Origin: a virus
Virus record (IMG/VR): IMGVR_UViG_3300042691_022450
DNA length: 64,000 nt
Reading direction: 5' to 3' (one strand)
In this document: one piece after another, positions 13,600-26,445 of the stretch
Layout of the letters: every line of letters begins with the position of its first letter
How positions within the stretch are numbered: the first letter of the stretch is position 1
The notes under the pieces: model-generated
Told to the model about the DNA's origin: nothing
The model's database searches: none
What the model saw: the letters and a program-made list of their open reading frames with translations, nothing else
Translations under genes and position numbers: made by a program

Positions 13600-13961
13600 T
13601 TATGAAAAGCATTCTTCTTCTTTCTTCTCTTTTTCTGACTTCTCCTGTATTTGCACAAGAACAGAAAACTCATCGATCGTTTACCTACGAAACTTCGTGT
13701 GCAGTAGAAACACCGACCCAATTTATAACAGATGTATGTAAAGTAGTTGAAACTCGTGAGAAAGGTGGAGCACTTCGCACACGCAACATTTACTCAAATC
13801 GTTTTAGTTTGACAATTAAATCACGATTTGATAAAGAAAAAGGATTCGTAACTTGGGATAGTCATAATAAGTACGAGTATAAATGGGATTACAAACCTTC
13901 TAGCACTGGTTTGACTTATGTGATGCCAGGTTTCCTTGTTCAAAACGTTTCTTGGGATTGA
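13596..13961 (+). CDS. Hypothetical secreted protein
   Basis: Signal peptide ending VFA. Confidence 0.7.
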   Translation: MIMKSILLLSSLFLTSPVFAQEQKTHRSFTYETSCAVETPTQFITDVCKVVETREKGGALRTRNIYSNRFSLTIKSRFDKEKGFVTWDSHNKYEYKWDYKPSSTGLTYVMPGFLVQNVSWD

Positions 13962-13965
13962 AATT

Positions 13966-14199
13966 ATGTTTATTAAATCTATCATTGCTTATCCAGTTCT
14001 GATTCTAACTGCAATTGCTGGATTTGCTATTGGTGGTGCAACTTCTGTAAATACAATTACTAATAATGCACTTAAAATGTGTAATCAGAAACCACTTGAA
14101 TGTAAGTTCAAGTATGATATTCTGATGTATAATGAAACTGGTAGAATCCCTTATACTCAACCAAAACCTCAAACTGAAGAAAAGAAAAATAAAAAATGA
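13966..14199 (+). CDS. Hypothetical membrane protein
   Basis: TM helix plus CxxKPxEC motif also seen in 18082..18282. Confidence 0.7.
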   Translation: MFIKSIIAYPVLILTAIAGFAIGGATSVNTITNNALKMCNQKPLECKFKYDILMYNETGRIPYTQPKPQTEEKKNKK

Positions 14200-14393
14200 A
14201 TGAAAGAGCAAAAGAGTTTATGAGTGCTGTGTGGGAGCAGAGAACTAATCAAGGTGCTGATACTGAAGAAAAGTTAGTTGCTGCTATTCTTTCACTTGCT
14301 AGTAACTATGTGATATCTTATACGGCACAAAACGATTTGATTGTTCTAGATAAGAACGATATGTTGCAACTTGCTGAGGAACTGAAACAATGA
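14196..14393 (+). CDS. Hypothetical protein (MTERA/LADEL paralog family)
   Basis: Similar to ORFs at 16927, 17115 and 17461. Confidence 0.7.
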   Translation: MNERAKEFMSAVWEQRTNQGADTEEKLVAAILSLASNYVISYTAQNDLIVLDKNDMLQLAEELKQ

Positions 14394-14671
14394 AATTTTT
14401 TCAAGTTGCTAAATGGTCTCATCGTGAAGACTTTGGGCACGAATGGTACGTTCAATTCCTCTTTACAGACCGTTGGACACTTCTTCAAACATCTGTAAGT
14501 TGGAATGATTTTCCTTCTTGGCCCTACATTCAAATCACTTCTGGTAGTAATGGTCTGCTGAGTATTTTGTTCTGGATATATAAGTTCGGATTTGATATTG
14601 GATTTATTGAACGCACTTGGAATTGGGAACGACTGGAGAAATTAAATGAAGACGAAACTGAATTGGTTTGA
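14390..14671 (+). CDS. Hypothetical Trp-rich protein
   Basis: ATGA overlap. Confidence 0.7.
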   Translation: MKFFQVAKWSHREDFGHEWYVQFLFTDRWTLLQTSVSWNDFPSWPYIQITSGSNGLLSILFWIYKFGFDIGFIERTWNWERLEKLNEDETELV

Positions 14672-15008
14672 ATATTACTTCGGTCATTGTTTCCAGACTG
14701 GTTGGAGAGAAATCTGGAACAACTTCAAGATGTGGAGAGACCTTATCAGTGGAAACTATGACAACTATGCTCTTCTGAAAACTGATGACCCCTATCAAGA
14801 ATGTTATGATTGGTTCTGGACTTCTATCAATCTTGATGAAACATATCCCAAAGAGTTTCTTGAATACCTGATGGAAATGTGTGATAGAATTGATAGAGGT
14901 GAAGAGAAACTGATTCCATTCACCAAAGAAATGTTTGATGACCTTGATGACCTTGTAGGTAATTTGATTGATGATTTGAAACTTGATGAGGAGTTGGACG
15001 AAGAATGA
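14646..15008 (+). CDS. Hypothetical acidic protein
   Basis: ORF in operon. Confidence 0.7.
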   Translation: MKTKLNWFEYYFGHCFQTGWREIWNNFKMWRDLISGNYDNYALLKTDDPYQECYDWFWTSINLDETYPKEFLEYLMEMCDRIDRGEEKLIPFTKEMFDDLDDLVGNLIDDLKLDEELDEE

Positions 15009-15316
15009 TTGGATTGATTGCTGGACTGACTTGTGGAATTGCAACTTACTATGGAGTAGGTGATGGTTTTGATGGTCAGAGAACTGCATCAGGAAAAAGA
15101 TTTGATGCTTATGCCCATACCGTAGCCCATCCTTATCTTAAGTTTGGAACACGACTTCGGATTACAAATCAAGACAATAGGAAACAAGTTTATGTGACCG
15201 TGACTGATAGAGGTCCATATTCTCACGCTGATATGGATATGAGTTATGGAGCATTTCGTAAGATTGCAAATGTTAATAATGGAAATGCAACTGTTTGTTG
15301 GAGAGTAGTTGGATGA
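15005..15316 (+). CDS. rlpA: RlpA-like (DPBB) lytic transglycosylase
   Basis: ATYYG..FDGQRTASG..AHPYLKFGT..VTDRGPY..DMSYGAF. Confidence 0.85.
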   Translation: MIGLIAGLTCGIATYYGVGDGFDGQRTASGKRFDAYAHTVAHPYLKFGTRLRITNQDNRKQVYVTVTDRGPYSHADMDMSYGAFRKIANVNNGNATVCWRVVG

Positions 15317-15473
15317 TGAAGAAACTACCTGATAAAAAAGAACTTGATATAATTTGGACTGTTGCCACCAGTTCCGCAATTGAAAGTGGCACAAGGCCCC
15401 ACCTAATTTTTGCCCGACTGCTGTATGATGAGTTGTCGGACGAAGAGTTCCCTTACAAACTTGCTGACTAATT

Positions 15474-15755
15474 ATGAGCTTTTCTAAAACAATTTCAGTC
15501 TTTGCTGCTCTTGCAAGTATCTTTGCTGCTGGTGCCACTGGTTGGAAACTGGCAGATTCACAAAAAGAAGTTCCTTTGACTCCATTGGACCAAAAGGTAA
15601 TGGAACTGGAAAAGAAACTTGACCAAGCACAACAACCACAAGTTGCTCCAGAACCAGTCAAACTTCCACCACCTACAGTTCAAACAGTAGCACCACAACC
15701 TGCTATACTGCCACCACCTCCACCACCAGTAACTACTACTGAGGTAACACAATGA
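15474..15755 (+). CDS. Pro-rich membrane-anchored protein
   Basis: N-terminal hydrophobic segment and poly-Pro tail. Confidence 0.7.
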   Translation: MSFSKTISVFAALASIFAAGATGWKLADSQKEVPLTPLDQKVMELEKKLDQAQQPQVAPEPVKLPPPTVQTVAPQPAILPPPPPPVTTTEVTQ

Positions 15756-16012
15756 AAACTGAAATGAATAAGGACGAATACTACAACTGGATTGCCGAAA
15801 ATGATTCATATCCAGAACATTCTCATAAGTGGATAGTGGGACTTTATAACAAATATGAAGGTGTAGAAGCACTTCACCGATACTTTGGAGTTTTTGAAAC
15901 TCAAAATGAAGCACGAATTTTTGCTTCAAACTATAAGGACAAATATACAAAACCAGGATTTATTTCCAAAACCAAAATCTTCCCACTCTGTGAGGTAGTA
16001 AAGGACACTTGA
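15752..16012 (+). CDS. Hypothetical protein
   Basis: GAGG RBS, ATGA overlap. Confidence 0.7.
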   Translation: MKTEMNKDEYYNWIAENDSYPEHSHKWIVGLYNKYEGVEALHRYFGVFETQNEARIFASNYKDKYTKPGFISKTKIFPLCEVVKDT

Positions 16013-16082
16013 AGAACTGGCACAGGGCATCTCCACAGGTGCCCTTTTTGGTCTATAATGACTTCATACACATAGAAACCTT

Positions 16083-16454
16083 ATGATTGACTTTACAAAA
16101 CTTACAGACGAAGAGTTACTTCAACATCGAAATGATATTAATGATTATATTCAAAATATAAAAATAAAAGAACCCAATTTTCATCTACACAAATCAATTC
16201 AAATTGAACATACTTCCTGTGTAAATTCGGATACTCTTATTCCAAATCTTGAGTTTAAGATTTCTGTAAATAAAGAAGATGTGGAACACTTTAGACATTT
16301 GTGGGAAGAATATTACAATAAACAAAATCAATTTTATAGATATCATCGTTCACTTCCACCAGAAAAACAAGTAACAGTTGATATTAAACACGAAATAGAA
16401 AGACAATTTGTGGATTATCTCGATTCCTTATTTCCTGTTGTTCATTATGGGTGA
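16083..16454 (+). CDS. Hypothetical protein
   Basis: Single-gene cassette between two promoter repeats. Confidence 0.7.
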   Translation: MIDFTKLTDEELLQHRNDINDYIQNIKIKEPNFHLHKSIQIEHTSCVNSDTLIPNLEFKISVNKEDVEHFRHLWEEYYNKQNQFYRYHRSLPPEKQVTVDIKHEIERQFVDYLDSLFPVVHYG

Positions 16455-16709
16455 TGACACTTGACGAACTGGTACAAGACCCCACCAATCCCCCTGTGGA
16501 TGCCTTATAATACTCTCATACACACAAAGGACTGATGACTGAATTTATTTTTGGATTTGAAAACTTTTTGATTTCTGTGGAAAACTGGAGTCTTATTCTA
16601 AAAACTTCTGTTCATCCCAATCATTTTTGGAATGTGCTAAATTTGGGGTGGAAAGATATGTATGACCTACTTTGATTTCTTATAATACTCTCATACACAC
16701 AAAGGACTG

Positions 16710-16925
16710 ATGACTGACCAACGACTAATGGAACTCTGGGGAGATGGAACTGAGTTTGGTATGTCTCCTGATATGATTGCTACTACCAATAACGAATTTA
16801 TTACTATCCGTGATGTTGCTATGAGGTTTGCTGCTAAGGTTATGGAAATTGAGTATCGAGAAGGTTATGATGATGGTTGGAAGGATGGTGTTGATAGTGT
16901 ATTGACTGGTGCTATTGGAGGTTGA
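16710..16925 (+). CDS. Hypothetical protein, paralog of 19114..19329
   Basis: Shared LMELWGDGTEFGMS...EIEY..GY.DGW. Confidence 0.72.
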   Translation: MTDQRLMELWGDGTEFGMSPDMIATTNNEFITIRDVAMRFAAKVMEIEYREGYDDGWKDGVDSVLTGAIGG

Positions 16926-16926
16926 A

Positions 16927-17118
16927 ATGACTGAAAGAGCAAAAAGGATTATGAAAGCATATCAAAGAGCAAAAGAAAAATCTGTTTACTATGATGAAGA
17001 ATGTGTTTCTGCTGCTATTCGTGAGATTGCTAATTGTTTTGAATGGGATAGTTATGGTCTTGCCGAATTGAATGCTGACGATTTTATTGAACTTGCTGAT
17101 GAATTGGAGGCACTATGA
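16927..17118 (+). CDS. Hypothetical protein (MTERA family)
   Basis: MTERAKRI..AAIRE..LADELEAL. Confidence 0.7.
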   Translation: MTERAKRIMKAYQRAKEKSVYYDEECVSAAIREIANCFEWDSYGLAELNADDFIELADELEAL

Positions 17119-17321
17119 CTGAACGAGCACAAAGGATTAGGGAAGCATTTTATCTCACTTTCGCAGATAAAAGACAAGATTTTATTATTGAAAAACTTAA
17201 TGATGATGCGATTGCTAATGTTCTCCGTGAAGTCATCAACCAACTCCAACAAAGTCCTGGTGTGATTATGTGTGCTGATGTGTTAGAATTGTGTGAAGAA
17301 CTTGAAGAGAAACTGAAATGA
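17115..17321 (+). CDS. Hypothetical protein (MTERA family)
   Basis: MTERAQRI..LCEELE. Confidence 0.7.
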   Translation: MTERAQRIREAFYLTFADKRQDFIIEKLNDDAIANVLREVINQLQQSPGVIMCADVLELCEELEEKLK

Positions 17322-17460
17322 CGTATAAAGGTAATGATGAATATTCTAAGTATTTGATTTGTGTAGAACCTATACCTTTGCGTGAGGAAATTAATCTAAA
17401 ATCTACAGTAATTAAATTACTCAAAAAGTGTTGGAATGTAATTAGTAGGAGCAAACTGAA

Positions 17461-17676
17461 ATGACTACCAGAGCACAAAAAATCGTAGATGCTACGATGG
17501 AACTTACACTACGACCACAACAAGGAGACAGAGCAAAAGTGATTGCTGCTGCTATTCGTGAGATTGTGAATGAACATCAATACTATCAGTTTTGTGACGA
17601 ATCGGGTGTAGAAGATATGGTAGTTGATGCTCGGTTGCTTTATGAACTTGCTGATGAACTGGAGGCACTCAAATGA
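17461..17676 (+). CDS. Hypothetical protein (MTERA family)
   Basis: MTTRAQKI..AAIRE..LADELEAL. Confidence 0.7.
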   Translation: MTTRAQKIVDATMELTLRPQQGDRAKVIAAAIREIVNEHQYYQFCDESGVEDMVVDARLLYELADELEALK

Positions 17677-20600
17677 TTTTAAATGAAGAAATCATCAAAC
17701 TTGCTAACACCTATGGGTTTGATAGACACATAAGTAAAGCAACAAACGACATTTACTGGGAATGTGATGAAGAAGACCTTCTGAAGTTTGCTCTAATAAT
17801 TCACGAAATGGGTTATAATGAAGGTAGTTATGATACTTCAATCGTAATGGGAGATTAAAATGTATGAAAAACTTTGAAGAAATTGATTGGGCAGTTTTGT
17901 CTGTATTCTTTATTATAATCGTTGCTGCTACTTCTATCACTTATAGTGAGCAACAACAACGAGCACTCTTTCAACAAACATACAATAAGAACTTGGAGTG
18001 TCGTCAAGCACTCAAAGACCAAACAGTGGGACGAATTACTGATATTTGTGGAACTGTTCCCGTCATTGGTGATTTTGTGAAATGAACGATGATTTTCCTA
18101 TTGGAGCATTATGTTTTGGTATTCTCGCAACCGTTGCTGTTGTATTTCTTTTAGGTTCTCGGTTTGGTTTTGATGATGGTATGGTGAAAGGAAAGAACGA
18201 AGGTATTGTGTATTGCGTAGAGAAACCCAAAGAGTGTAAGATTTCTTATGAATACATAAAATTACAGGAGAACCAGAAATGATTGAAAACAAACAACTCA
18301 CAGAATATCTCAAAGAAGTTCTCAATCCTCCTGATAATGTAGAACTCTCTGTTTATGATGAAGATAATAATGAAAAGGATTTGTCTAATGGTATTGTGAA
18401 TGTATGGATAGAGGAGAACCACAAATGAAACTCAAAATTGAAAGAAAAAGATTTGAAAGTGGTTCGCATTACTACTTGATTTATGAATGGTTCTGGTTCC
18501 ACTGGGTTCGTCGTAGCGGACTTTTTGATACTCTGGACGAAGCAGAGAAAAATGCTGTAAGTATTCTGGAAGACGAAAGAGAGCAAAGAAAAATCAAAAA
18601 AGAAAACCCCGTGTATTATCAACTGGATGGTGATAAAATTACATATAAGAAGGGTGATGGAAATGAAAGAGTTCTTATGGGAGAACCACCACTCAAATTA
18701 AAAAAAACGGAGAACCAAAAATGAAATACCCCGACAAAGAAGAACGACGTAGAATTTATGAAAGTATGAAAAAAGAAATGGAGCAACCATGCAAATATAG
18801 TTGGATTCTTATTGATTTTAATGATAACTGGATTAAACATTATAAAAAATTAAAAGAAGAATTTGGAGAATATTATGATTGAAATGAGAGTTGTTGATAA
18901 TGGACCGATGTGCCGTCCAGAAATCCAGTATCGTTTTATGTTGTTTTCTATTGGTCAGGGTGGTTATTTGTGCCCACCAAATGAGGATATGAAATGGTCT
19001 GAATGGAGAACTGCACCTTATGTAAAAGCAGAGGACACTTGAAGAACTGGCACAGTAGGCATCCAGAGTGGTCTGTGATGCCTTATAATAGTAGGACAAA
19101 CAAAGGAACTCCAATGACTGAACAAGAACTAATGGAACTCTGGGGAGATGGAACAGAGTTTGGGATGAGTACTCTTGGTGCTGGTGTAATGACTGGTGCT
19201 ATGAATAATGCCTTTCGTGAGGTTGCTGTAAAGTTTGCTCAACGAGTTGCTGAAATTGAATATGAAAGAGGTTATACTGATGGTTGGGATAGAGAAAAAT
19301 ATTCTGGACTTGTAGGAGACCCACAATGACCCTTGTATCAATTCATTATCATCATTCTTACAATCTTCCTATTACTTTTATTTCAAGCAAAGAAAGTTTT
19401 ATCCGTGTTTGTGAAAAACTTCCAACTGACTGGGCACACCTTATAAATCAAGAAACTGGAGAAATCCTACACACTTGGAGGAAAGATACTCTTACTGTTT
19501 CTCAACCAACCTCCACTAAAATCTCACACAAACAATCTATCAACCGAGTAGAACGATGACTGAACAACGCAAACTATGCAAAGATTGTCTTTACTATGAG
19601 AAAAGTTGGTTAGGACATCTTTTTAGGGACAACTCATTTGATAGGTGTTACAATCCAATCATAACTGGTGATTTGGTGACTGGAGAAAAAACAAGTATAA
19701 GTTGTAAATTTGCCAGAAATATTACGATGTATTGTGGTAGAGATGGTAAGCATTTTGAGCAACTGTGGGGGGATAAAAAATGACTGCCAATTACAAACAA
19801 CTTGCTGAAGAACTTTACGATGTTCTAAAAAGATTGAAAAATTTGATGGATGATGCAAATGGTAGTCCTATCAATAGATATGGAGTTAGTATTTCTCTTG
19901 CTGATAAAGTCATTCAAAAATACGAACAAGAAACAACCAGAGGAGACAGAAAATGACTAAACTATCATATGATGAATGGGAAAAATGGTATAAGGACACC
20001 AAATGCATAGTCACAGAAGAAGAGATTGAAAGTTGGAAAACTCAATATTATGGTGGTCTGAATACTTATGAAGAATTTAAATCAATATTGAAGGATGAAT
20101 ATAAACGTTATTGTGAGGTAGAGGAATGACTGAAAGAAGAAATTCAAGGATGGTGATGATGCTGGTCAAATAATAAATGAAATGATAATTCTACAAGTTC
20201 TAAAAGATATTTTTGATAAAGACAAAACGAGGACACTTGGAGAACTGGCATAGGTGCCCTTGAAATCTGGTGCCCTTTGTCGTATAATAATCTTACAAAC
20301 ATAAAACGAATGAACCACGCACTTATTCTGCTTCTTGCTGATCTAACTTCTGTTGCCTGTGTGATTGGAGGAATCATTCTTGCTCTTCACGGGATTGCTG
20401 GTTGGGGATGGTTTCTCTTTATGTCTGGTTTGCTTTATACTTCTTATAGTTCTTCTAAAACTACTGATTGATTATGACTGAACCACCAGATTGTTTGGGT
20501 GTTGTTGGTAAATGCACCGATTGTGAAAATCCTGTGTTAGAATACCTGTGTAATCAATCTCTTTTGGAAGTGCGACCAGAAAGTAAAAACTTTGACTATT

Positions 20601-20689
20601 GGTTTTCTTGTAGTAATATTCTATGTAAAAATCATAGTGGTGGAGGTTCTTATGGATATTATTATGATGATTGGGTGGATGTGAAATGA
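17673..20689 (+). other. Run of small coupled hypothetical ORFs (e.g. 17673-17858, 17864-18085, 18082-18282, 18425-18724, 19114-19329, 19326-19559, 19556-19783, 20310-20471, 20468-20689)
   Basis: Overlapping ATGA junctions, GGAG RBSs and promoter repeats; no recognisable function. Confidence 0.7.
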
Positions 20690-20759
20690 AAAAACCTTAT
20701 TTACTAATTGCGGGAGACAACCTGTATCCTTCTGCTTATACTGATGAACAAAAGGTGAA

Positions 20760-20864
20760 TAAATAAGAATGTCTATAAGAACCGCAATTCTCTACAGACA
20801 GATTAGGTGCTCTTTAGGGCACCTTTTCTATTATAAATACTAATGCGGTTTTTGTAGAATAGAA
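20760..20864 (+). promoter_or_regulatory. Nuclease control cassette 1: late promoter, small RNA, terminator, late promoter
   Basis: TAAATA; arm 20772-20786 complementary to 20844-20858; AGGTGC..GCACCTTTT; TATAAATA. Confidence 0.8.
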
Positions 20865-21716
20865 ATGGTAAATCCTAACAGGTTTTATACCTATGCATAT
20901 TTGCGTAAGGACAGAACTCCTTATTACATAGGTAAAGGTCAAAAAATAAGAGCATATCAAGGTAGTGGAAAACCTTGTAGAGTTCCAAAAGATAAATCAA
21001 GAATAATCTTCCTCAAACAAAATCTAACAGAAGAGGAAGCATTTAGACACGAAATCTATATGATTGCCGTGTTTGGTAGAAAGGATAATGGAACTGGTAT
21101 TCTTCGTAATAAAACTAATGGTGGAGAAGGTCCTTCAGGTCTTATTCATAGTGATGAAACTAAAAGAAAATTGAGAGAAATTAATATAGGAAGAACTTTT
21201 TCTGAGGAACATATCAAAAAAATATCTGAAGGTTGTAAAGGGAAAAATAAAGGACCCAGAAAACCTCTTTCAGAAGAACATAAACTAAAAATAAGTAAAT
21301 TATGTAAAGGTAAAAAACATACAAATGAAGCAAAACTAAAAATAAGTCAAAGTAATAAAAATAGAATAGTTTCGGAAGAAACTAGAGAAAAAATGAGAGA
21401 AGCAAAGAAAAATATAACAGAAGAAACTAGAAGAAAACTAAGTGAAGCAAGGAGAAACATAACAGAAGAAACTAGAAGAAAAATGAGTGAAGCAAAGAAG
21501 GGTAAAAGTCGTTCTCAGGAAATTGTGAAAAAAATATCTGAAAAAAACAAAGGTAAAAAGCATTCAGAAGAAACTAAAAGAAAACAGAGTGAAGCAAAAA
21601 AAGGTAAAAACAAAGATAAAAAATGGTGGAATGATGGTTGTGGAAATACTAAATTTTGTTTTGAATGTCCTGGACCAAATTGGATTTCTGGTCGTGGAAA
21701 AATAAAAAAAGCATAA
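20865..21716 (+). CDS. GIY-YIG-family (Seg-like) homing endonuclease with NUMOD3 repeats
   Basis: FYTYAY..PYYIGKG..R..E..LRNKTNGGEG; repeated (H)SEETKRKxSE. Confidence 0.88.
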   Translation: MVNPNRFYTYAYLRKDRTPYYIGKGQKIRAYQGSGKPCRVPKDKSRIIFLKQNLTEEEAFRHEIYMIAVFGRKDNGTGILRNKTNGGEGPSGLIHSDETKRKLREINIGRTFSEEHIKKISEGCKGKNKGPRKPLSEEHKLKISKLCKGKKHTNEAKLKISQSNKNRIVSEETREKMREAKKNITEETRRKLSEARRNITEETRRKMSEAKKGKSRSQEIVKKISEKNKGKKHSEETKRKQSEAKKGKNKDKKWWNDGCGNTKFCFECPGPNWISGRGKIKKA

Positions 21717-21796
21717 AGACACTTTTCAAACTGGCACATACCTACTTTACTCAACTCTTTATTTGGTGTATAATAAGAGCAAATATAAGACAATTA

Positions 21797-24700
21797 ATGA
21801 TGGGGCACAAAAAATTCAACATTAACGAAACTGTCAAGATTCGTCTCACGAAGTTTGGCAAAGAACTTCATAAGAAACAGTGGGAAGATTTTTGGAACTC
21901 TCACGGTAAATTAGATAAGTTTCCTTATGAACCACCTAAAGAAGATGAAAATGGATACTGTGAGTTTATAATGTGGGACTTGATGAATAAGTTTGGTTCT
22001 TATTGTGTATTGGGATGTGAGTTGCCTTTTGAGACTGTGATTCTTATTGAAGATAAGGATTTGAAGGATGCCTGAGTTTCTTATGATTGTTTTGATTGTT
22101 TATATGGGAGGTTCTATGTTTTTGGGACTACTTGAATACTTTATGGATAGAAAGAAATGACTGAACCAGACTACAAAATTGAAGAACTGTACGACGTAGA
22201 AGAACTCAAAGTTTATTTTGTGGTTTATAGTATGAAACCATTAGTATTTGAGGTAAAAAGGAGATTTGATACTCTCGGAGAAGCAAGGCAAGTTGTTAGA
22301 ATGTTGAGAAAATATAAGGAGAGGATTTTTCATTATGTAGAGGATTGAAAATGAAATGTAAATACAATGATTGTGGTTGGTGTTATGCTCCTGATGATGT
22401 AAAACCTTCAACTTCGGCAACACCTCATAAACAATGTCTAAACCCAGATTGTTGCCTTAATCTAAAATCACAAATGACTGAAAAACAATCAAAAGAAAAT
22501 ACAACTTATATTACAACTGGATCTGGGCACCCAATTGATGATGATGTTGTAATTATCAATGGTGTGGAATATAGGAAAACTGTAAAACCTGATATCAAAC
22601 CAAAAGTCAGAACTCTTTATGATATTTGTGTTGAGTGGAACGATGATGATTATGACCCACCAGTTTCTGCTTTAATTTTTAAGATTGAAAAAGAATGGAC
22701 CCCTCTAAATCTCAATCAAAAAGAAAAGAGGGGATATACTGATGGTTATTCTATGGGGTTTGATGATGCTCTTGATTTGGTGAGGAAAACACTAAAATGA
22801 CTGACTACACTCTAATGGAACTGGAACTTATCTGTGAGGAAGTCGCAAAACTTCCAAGAACCACAGACACTTCCTATGTGCCCCCCGATGTGTTAGAATT
22901 GGTGGAACAACGGATTTGGGATTATTGCTACAAATGACTGAACTCCTTAAAACTCCAATAAAATATGTGGTAGATATTCAAAATAAAAAGATTTCTCTTC
23001 ATCAAGAAGAGGACTTTGAAGTATTATCTTTCAATACTATTGATGAGTTTATGTATGCTCTAACAGATATTCGCAAAACAAACAACATTATCTGGTATGT
23101 AATTCCACCAGGATTGATTGAGGGTCCTCACAAATGAACTCCAAACTCAAAGAAAACCTAACACTCATTCAAGATGTTGCGAATAAAGCACTTGAACTTC
23201 ATAAGAACTCCACAAAAAAATTTAATGGTGTAAATTATGCTGACTTGCGAGTGGTTGATGTATGGGTGAAGTATAGTATTCACGAAGAAGATTTAGAGTA
23301 TGGTGTGCTGATTGAAGAAGCATCACCAACTGCTTATGATTTGCAGGATTATATGCTAGAATACCTGAAAGATAATCTGACCAATAATTTGGGGTGGAGC
23401 ATTTATGTTGAATGTGAATGGTAAAGAAAAATGACTGAAAGACCTGAACCAAAAAAGTGGAGTGAGACTTACGATAAAGAACTCACACTTGAAGAACTAT
23501 TTCAACTGATTGGTGATGTTGAGTGGAACTTAAAGGATTATATTTGGGAACTCAAACAAGAAGTTGAAGAACTAAAAAAAATAGCACACTTTCACGACAT
23601 TATTGAAAGAGAAAAAAATGACTGAAAAAATAGGATACAAACTTAATCCAAAGAAACTCAAAAAAGCACCACAATATATTACTCCTTATTTGTTTCTTGG
23701 TGCCTTTTATTACACCGAAGATTATGAGTATTTTGATGTAATTAAACCTTATCTTGATATTCCAGAGAAACCTAAAACTCTGGAAGAAATCTCACAAGAA
23801 CTTGATGAGAAGATTGATGATTTGATTGAGAGAACAAAGAATAGTTTTTATAAGTCAAAGTATATTGCTGAAACTTTGTATGATACAAAGTTCAATAGAA
23901 TTATTGAGAACTTTGAGTATGCGAAGGAACACGGACAATTTCCATCTAAACTTACATATTCTAACCTTATTGCGACTGGTAGTAATATTACTTCCAGTCT
24001 TGTAATCAAATCAGGTGGTAAAGAAGTCGGTTATTATACATTCGGTAATGGGTATTTGAAGTATTATATGAATAAGAAACCGACTGCGATTGTTCGGTTC
24101 TTTATGAAAAATTGTCTTTCTATTAGATGGGTGGATGAGAAAAATGACTAAACCAACAGACGAAGAACTTGATAGTTTTATTCAAGGTTATTTGTGTGAT
24201 GGTGAAGATTGGTGGTATGATGAAGAAATCGTAAGAGGACTTGCCCGTGCTTTGCTTGAATGCTTTGGAGATGAGAAATGACTAAACTATCGGCAGCAGA
24301 CCTTATGGTAATCCATAATACTCTTTATAAAAGTTTGAGTGTCGTTGGAAATAGTATTTGGACACAAGAAACCAGAGAAAGAGTTATGGATAAGGTGTCT
24401 ATTATTATGGAGAATATGAACGCAGAAGTTGTCTGTGGTGATGTAGAACCTATTGTTGTAAGTGGAGATTTGGGTGGATGACTTACCCATCGTATTGTTG
24501 CCCTAAATGTGGAGCACAGATAGGATATATTGGAAGGTTTTTTCAGTTTCTTCGTATTCCATTACATCGGTGTAAGGACACTTGAAGAACTGGCACAAGA
24601 GCATCCCACAGGTGCTCCTTTTGCCTTATAATACTTTCATACCAAACGAGGTTTCCCAATGACTATTGAAATCACCAATCAAGTTCGTATTCAAGAACAT

Positions 24701-25489
24701 TCTGACTATTGGTACACTGCCGAAGACATTCATCTTGATGTTGGATGTGAGGGTTTTACTGTTTCTTATTGGGAGTTTAATAAAGAAAAAGGAGATAAAC
24801 GAATCCAACATATTTGTATGAATAAGGAAGAAGCACTTGCTATTGCTGATGCCATCTACAAACTCTTTAAGAACTGAAATGATTGACCTTACACAACTGA
24901 CCGAAGAACAACTCAACGAACTTGAACTTCAAATTCAAAAGCATAAGGAACAACAGAAGGTAAAGGATGCTTTGGAAAACCTAAAAGGTTATAAAGTAAC
25001 TTTTTATATTAGGTTTGACCCTGAAAAGCATAAGGATCACGATATGCTTACAAATAAAGGGAAACTTGACCCAGAAATTTTTGCTGATTATCTGTGCGAT
25101 AATCTTGTTACAGACCTGATTAGAAATTTTGAATTGTATGGTTATGAGGATGTAAATTATCCTACTGTGGAAGTAGCAACAAAACAAGAAATTGAAGAGA
25201 AATTTTGAGGAAACTGAAATGACTGAACGCATTTATGAACTTGAGTGTGGAATCAGAAAACTCAACGGAGAATATTGAAATGAACCAAGCAAACAAGAAC
25301 TCATTTTTCTTTTATGTCCTCAAAGAAGGTGGTGGAAAAATTGACCCAAGAAATATAGAGTTTATGATTGAAGCACTCAAAGAATGGTTGCCTAATACTA
25401 TTGGATATCCAGACACCGACTATTCTATGAATGCTTATAAGTTGGGGCAAAGAGAATACAAAGAATTCATTATGAGGAACCTCAAATGA
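21797..25489 (+). other. Run of small hypothetical ORFs (21797-22075, 22157-22348, 22345-22800, 22916-23137, 23134-23424, 23431-23625, 23618-24151, 24278-24481, 24659-24877, 24879-25208, 25235-25489)
   Basis: Tightly packed + strand ORFs with coupled starts. Confidence 0.7.
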
Positions 25490-25795
25490 CTGAAAACATT
25501 CAAAAGTATCCAGAGGTAAATCGTGTTGAAGTCATCTCAAGTGAGGGTGAAGAGTTTTTTTGGGATGAATGGGATGAGTGTTCTAAAGTTCAGGTAAGTT
25601 TTCATAATGATGGGAAGACACTCAAAGTATTTCTCACGGGGAACATAAAATGACTAAACACGAGATTGGAGCAACAATTGGATTTTATATTGTTGTGGGA
25701 TTGATGGGTTGGGCACTTGTGTCTTTCTTTCCTCTTACTTGGGGACAGGCACTCATAATCTCTTGGATGTTTAACAAACTTATTGATGTATTAGA

Positions 25796-26125
25796 ATGAC
25801 TATCAAACGCATCAAAGTCAAAGAAACTCAAAAATACTGGGGGGACTTTGATGGTTCTCTTGAAAGCATCATTGCTTCACTTCAACAAGATTTGAATGAT
25901 GGTTGGGAAGGTATTGAGATTGAATATGGGTATCATGGTGACCCAGACGAATATTATCTCTACAAGCATCGTGAAGAAACCGACAAAGAGTATGAGAAAC
26001 GGATGAAGCAATTGGAGAAAGAAAAGGCAGAGAAAGTAAAAGCAAAGGAACGAAAACTCAAACAACTCAAGAAAGACCTTGCTTCCTTGACCGATGAAGA
26101 AAGGGAATTGTTGAAACTGAAATGA
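25796..26125 (+). CDS. Hypothetical protein, paralog of 26765..27097
   Basis: Shares 143 identical bp. Confidence 0.78.
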   Translation: MTIKRIKVKETQKYWGDFDGSLESIIASLQQDLNDGWEGIEIEYGYHGDPDEYYLYKHREETDKEYEKRMKQLEKEKAEKVKAKERKLKQLKKDLASLTDEERELLKLK

Positions 26126-26445
26126 CTGCCTTCACTTACAAAGGATACGGACGCATCTACACCAATCCAGAGAACATTCAAGATGTAAAAAACATTATTC
26201 AAGAACTTGATGAGTTTGAGTGGGAATATTATCCAGAAAGTCTTGTAGGTTTCTGGGATGATTATCCAATAGTTGTGTATGTTGGTAAGTTTGAATTGGA
26301 TGAAGAAAAGTTCAAACAAATCTGTAAAGAACGAAACATTCCTGTTTTTGTCTTTAATGCTTATGATGATGAGTATCCTCGTGGTTATGTCAAAACTTTG
26401 AATAGAGAAGAAATCAAAACACTTTCTTATGGAGAACTGAAATGA
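26122..26445 (+). CDS. Hypothetical protein
   Basis: ATGA overlap. Confidence 0.72.
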   Translation: MTAFTYKGYGRIYTNPENIQDVKNIIQELDEFEWEYYPESLVGFWDDYPIVVYVGKFELDEEKFKQICKERNIPVFVFNAYDDEYPRGYVKTLNREEIKTLSYGELK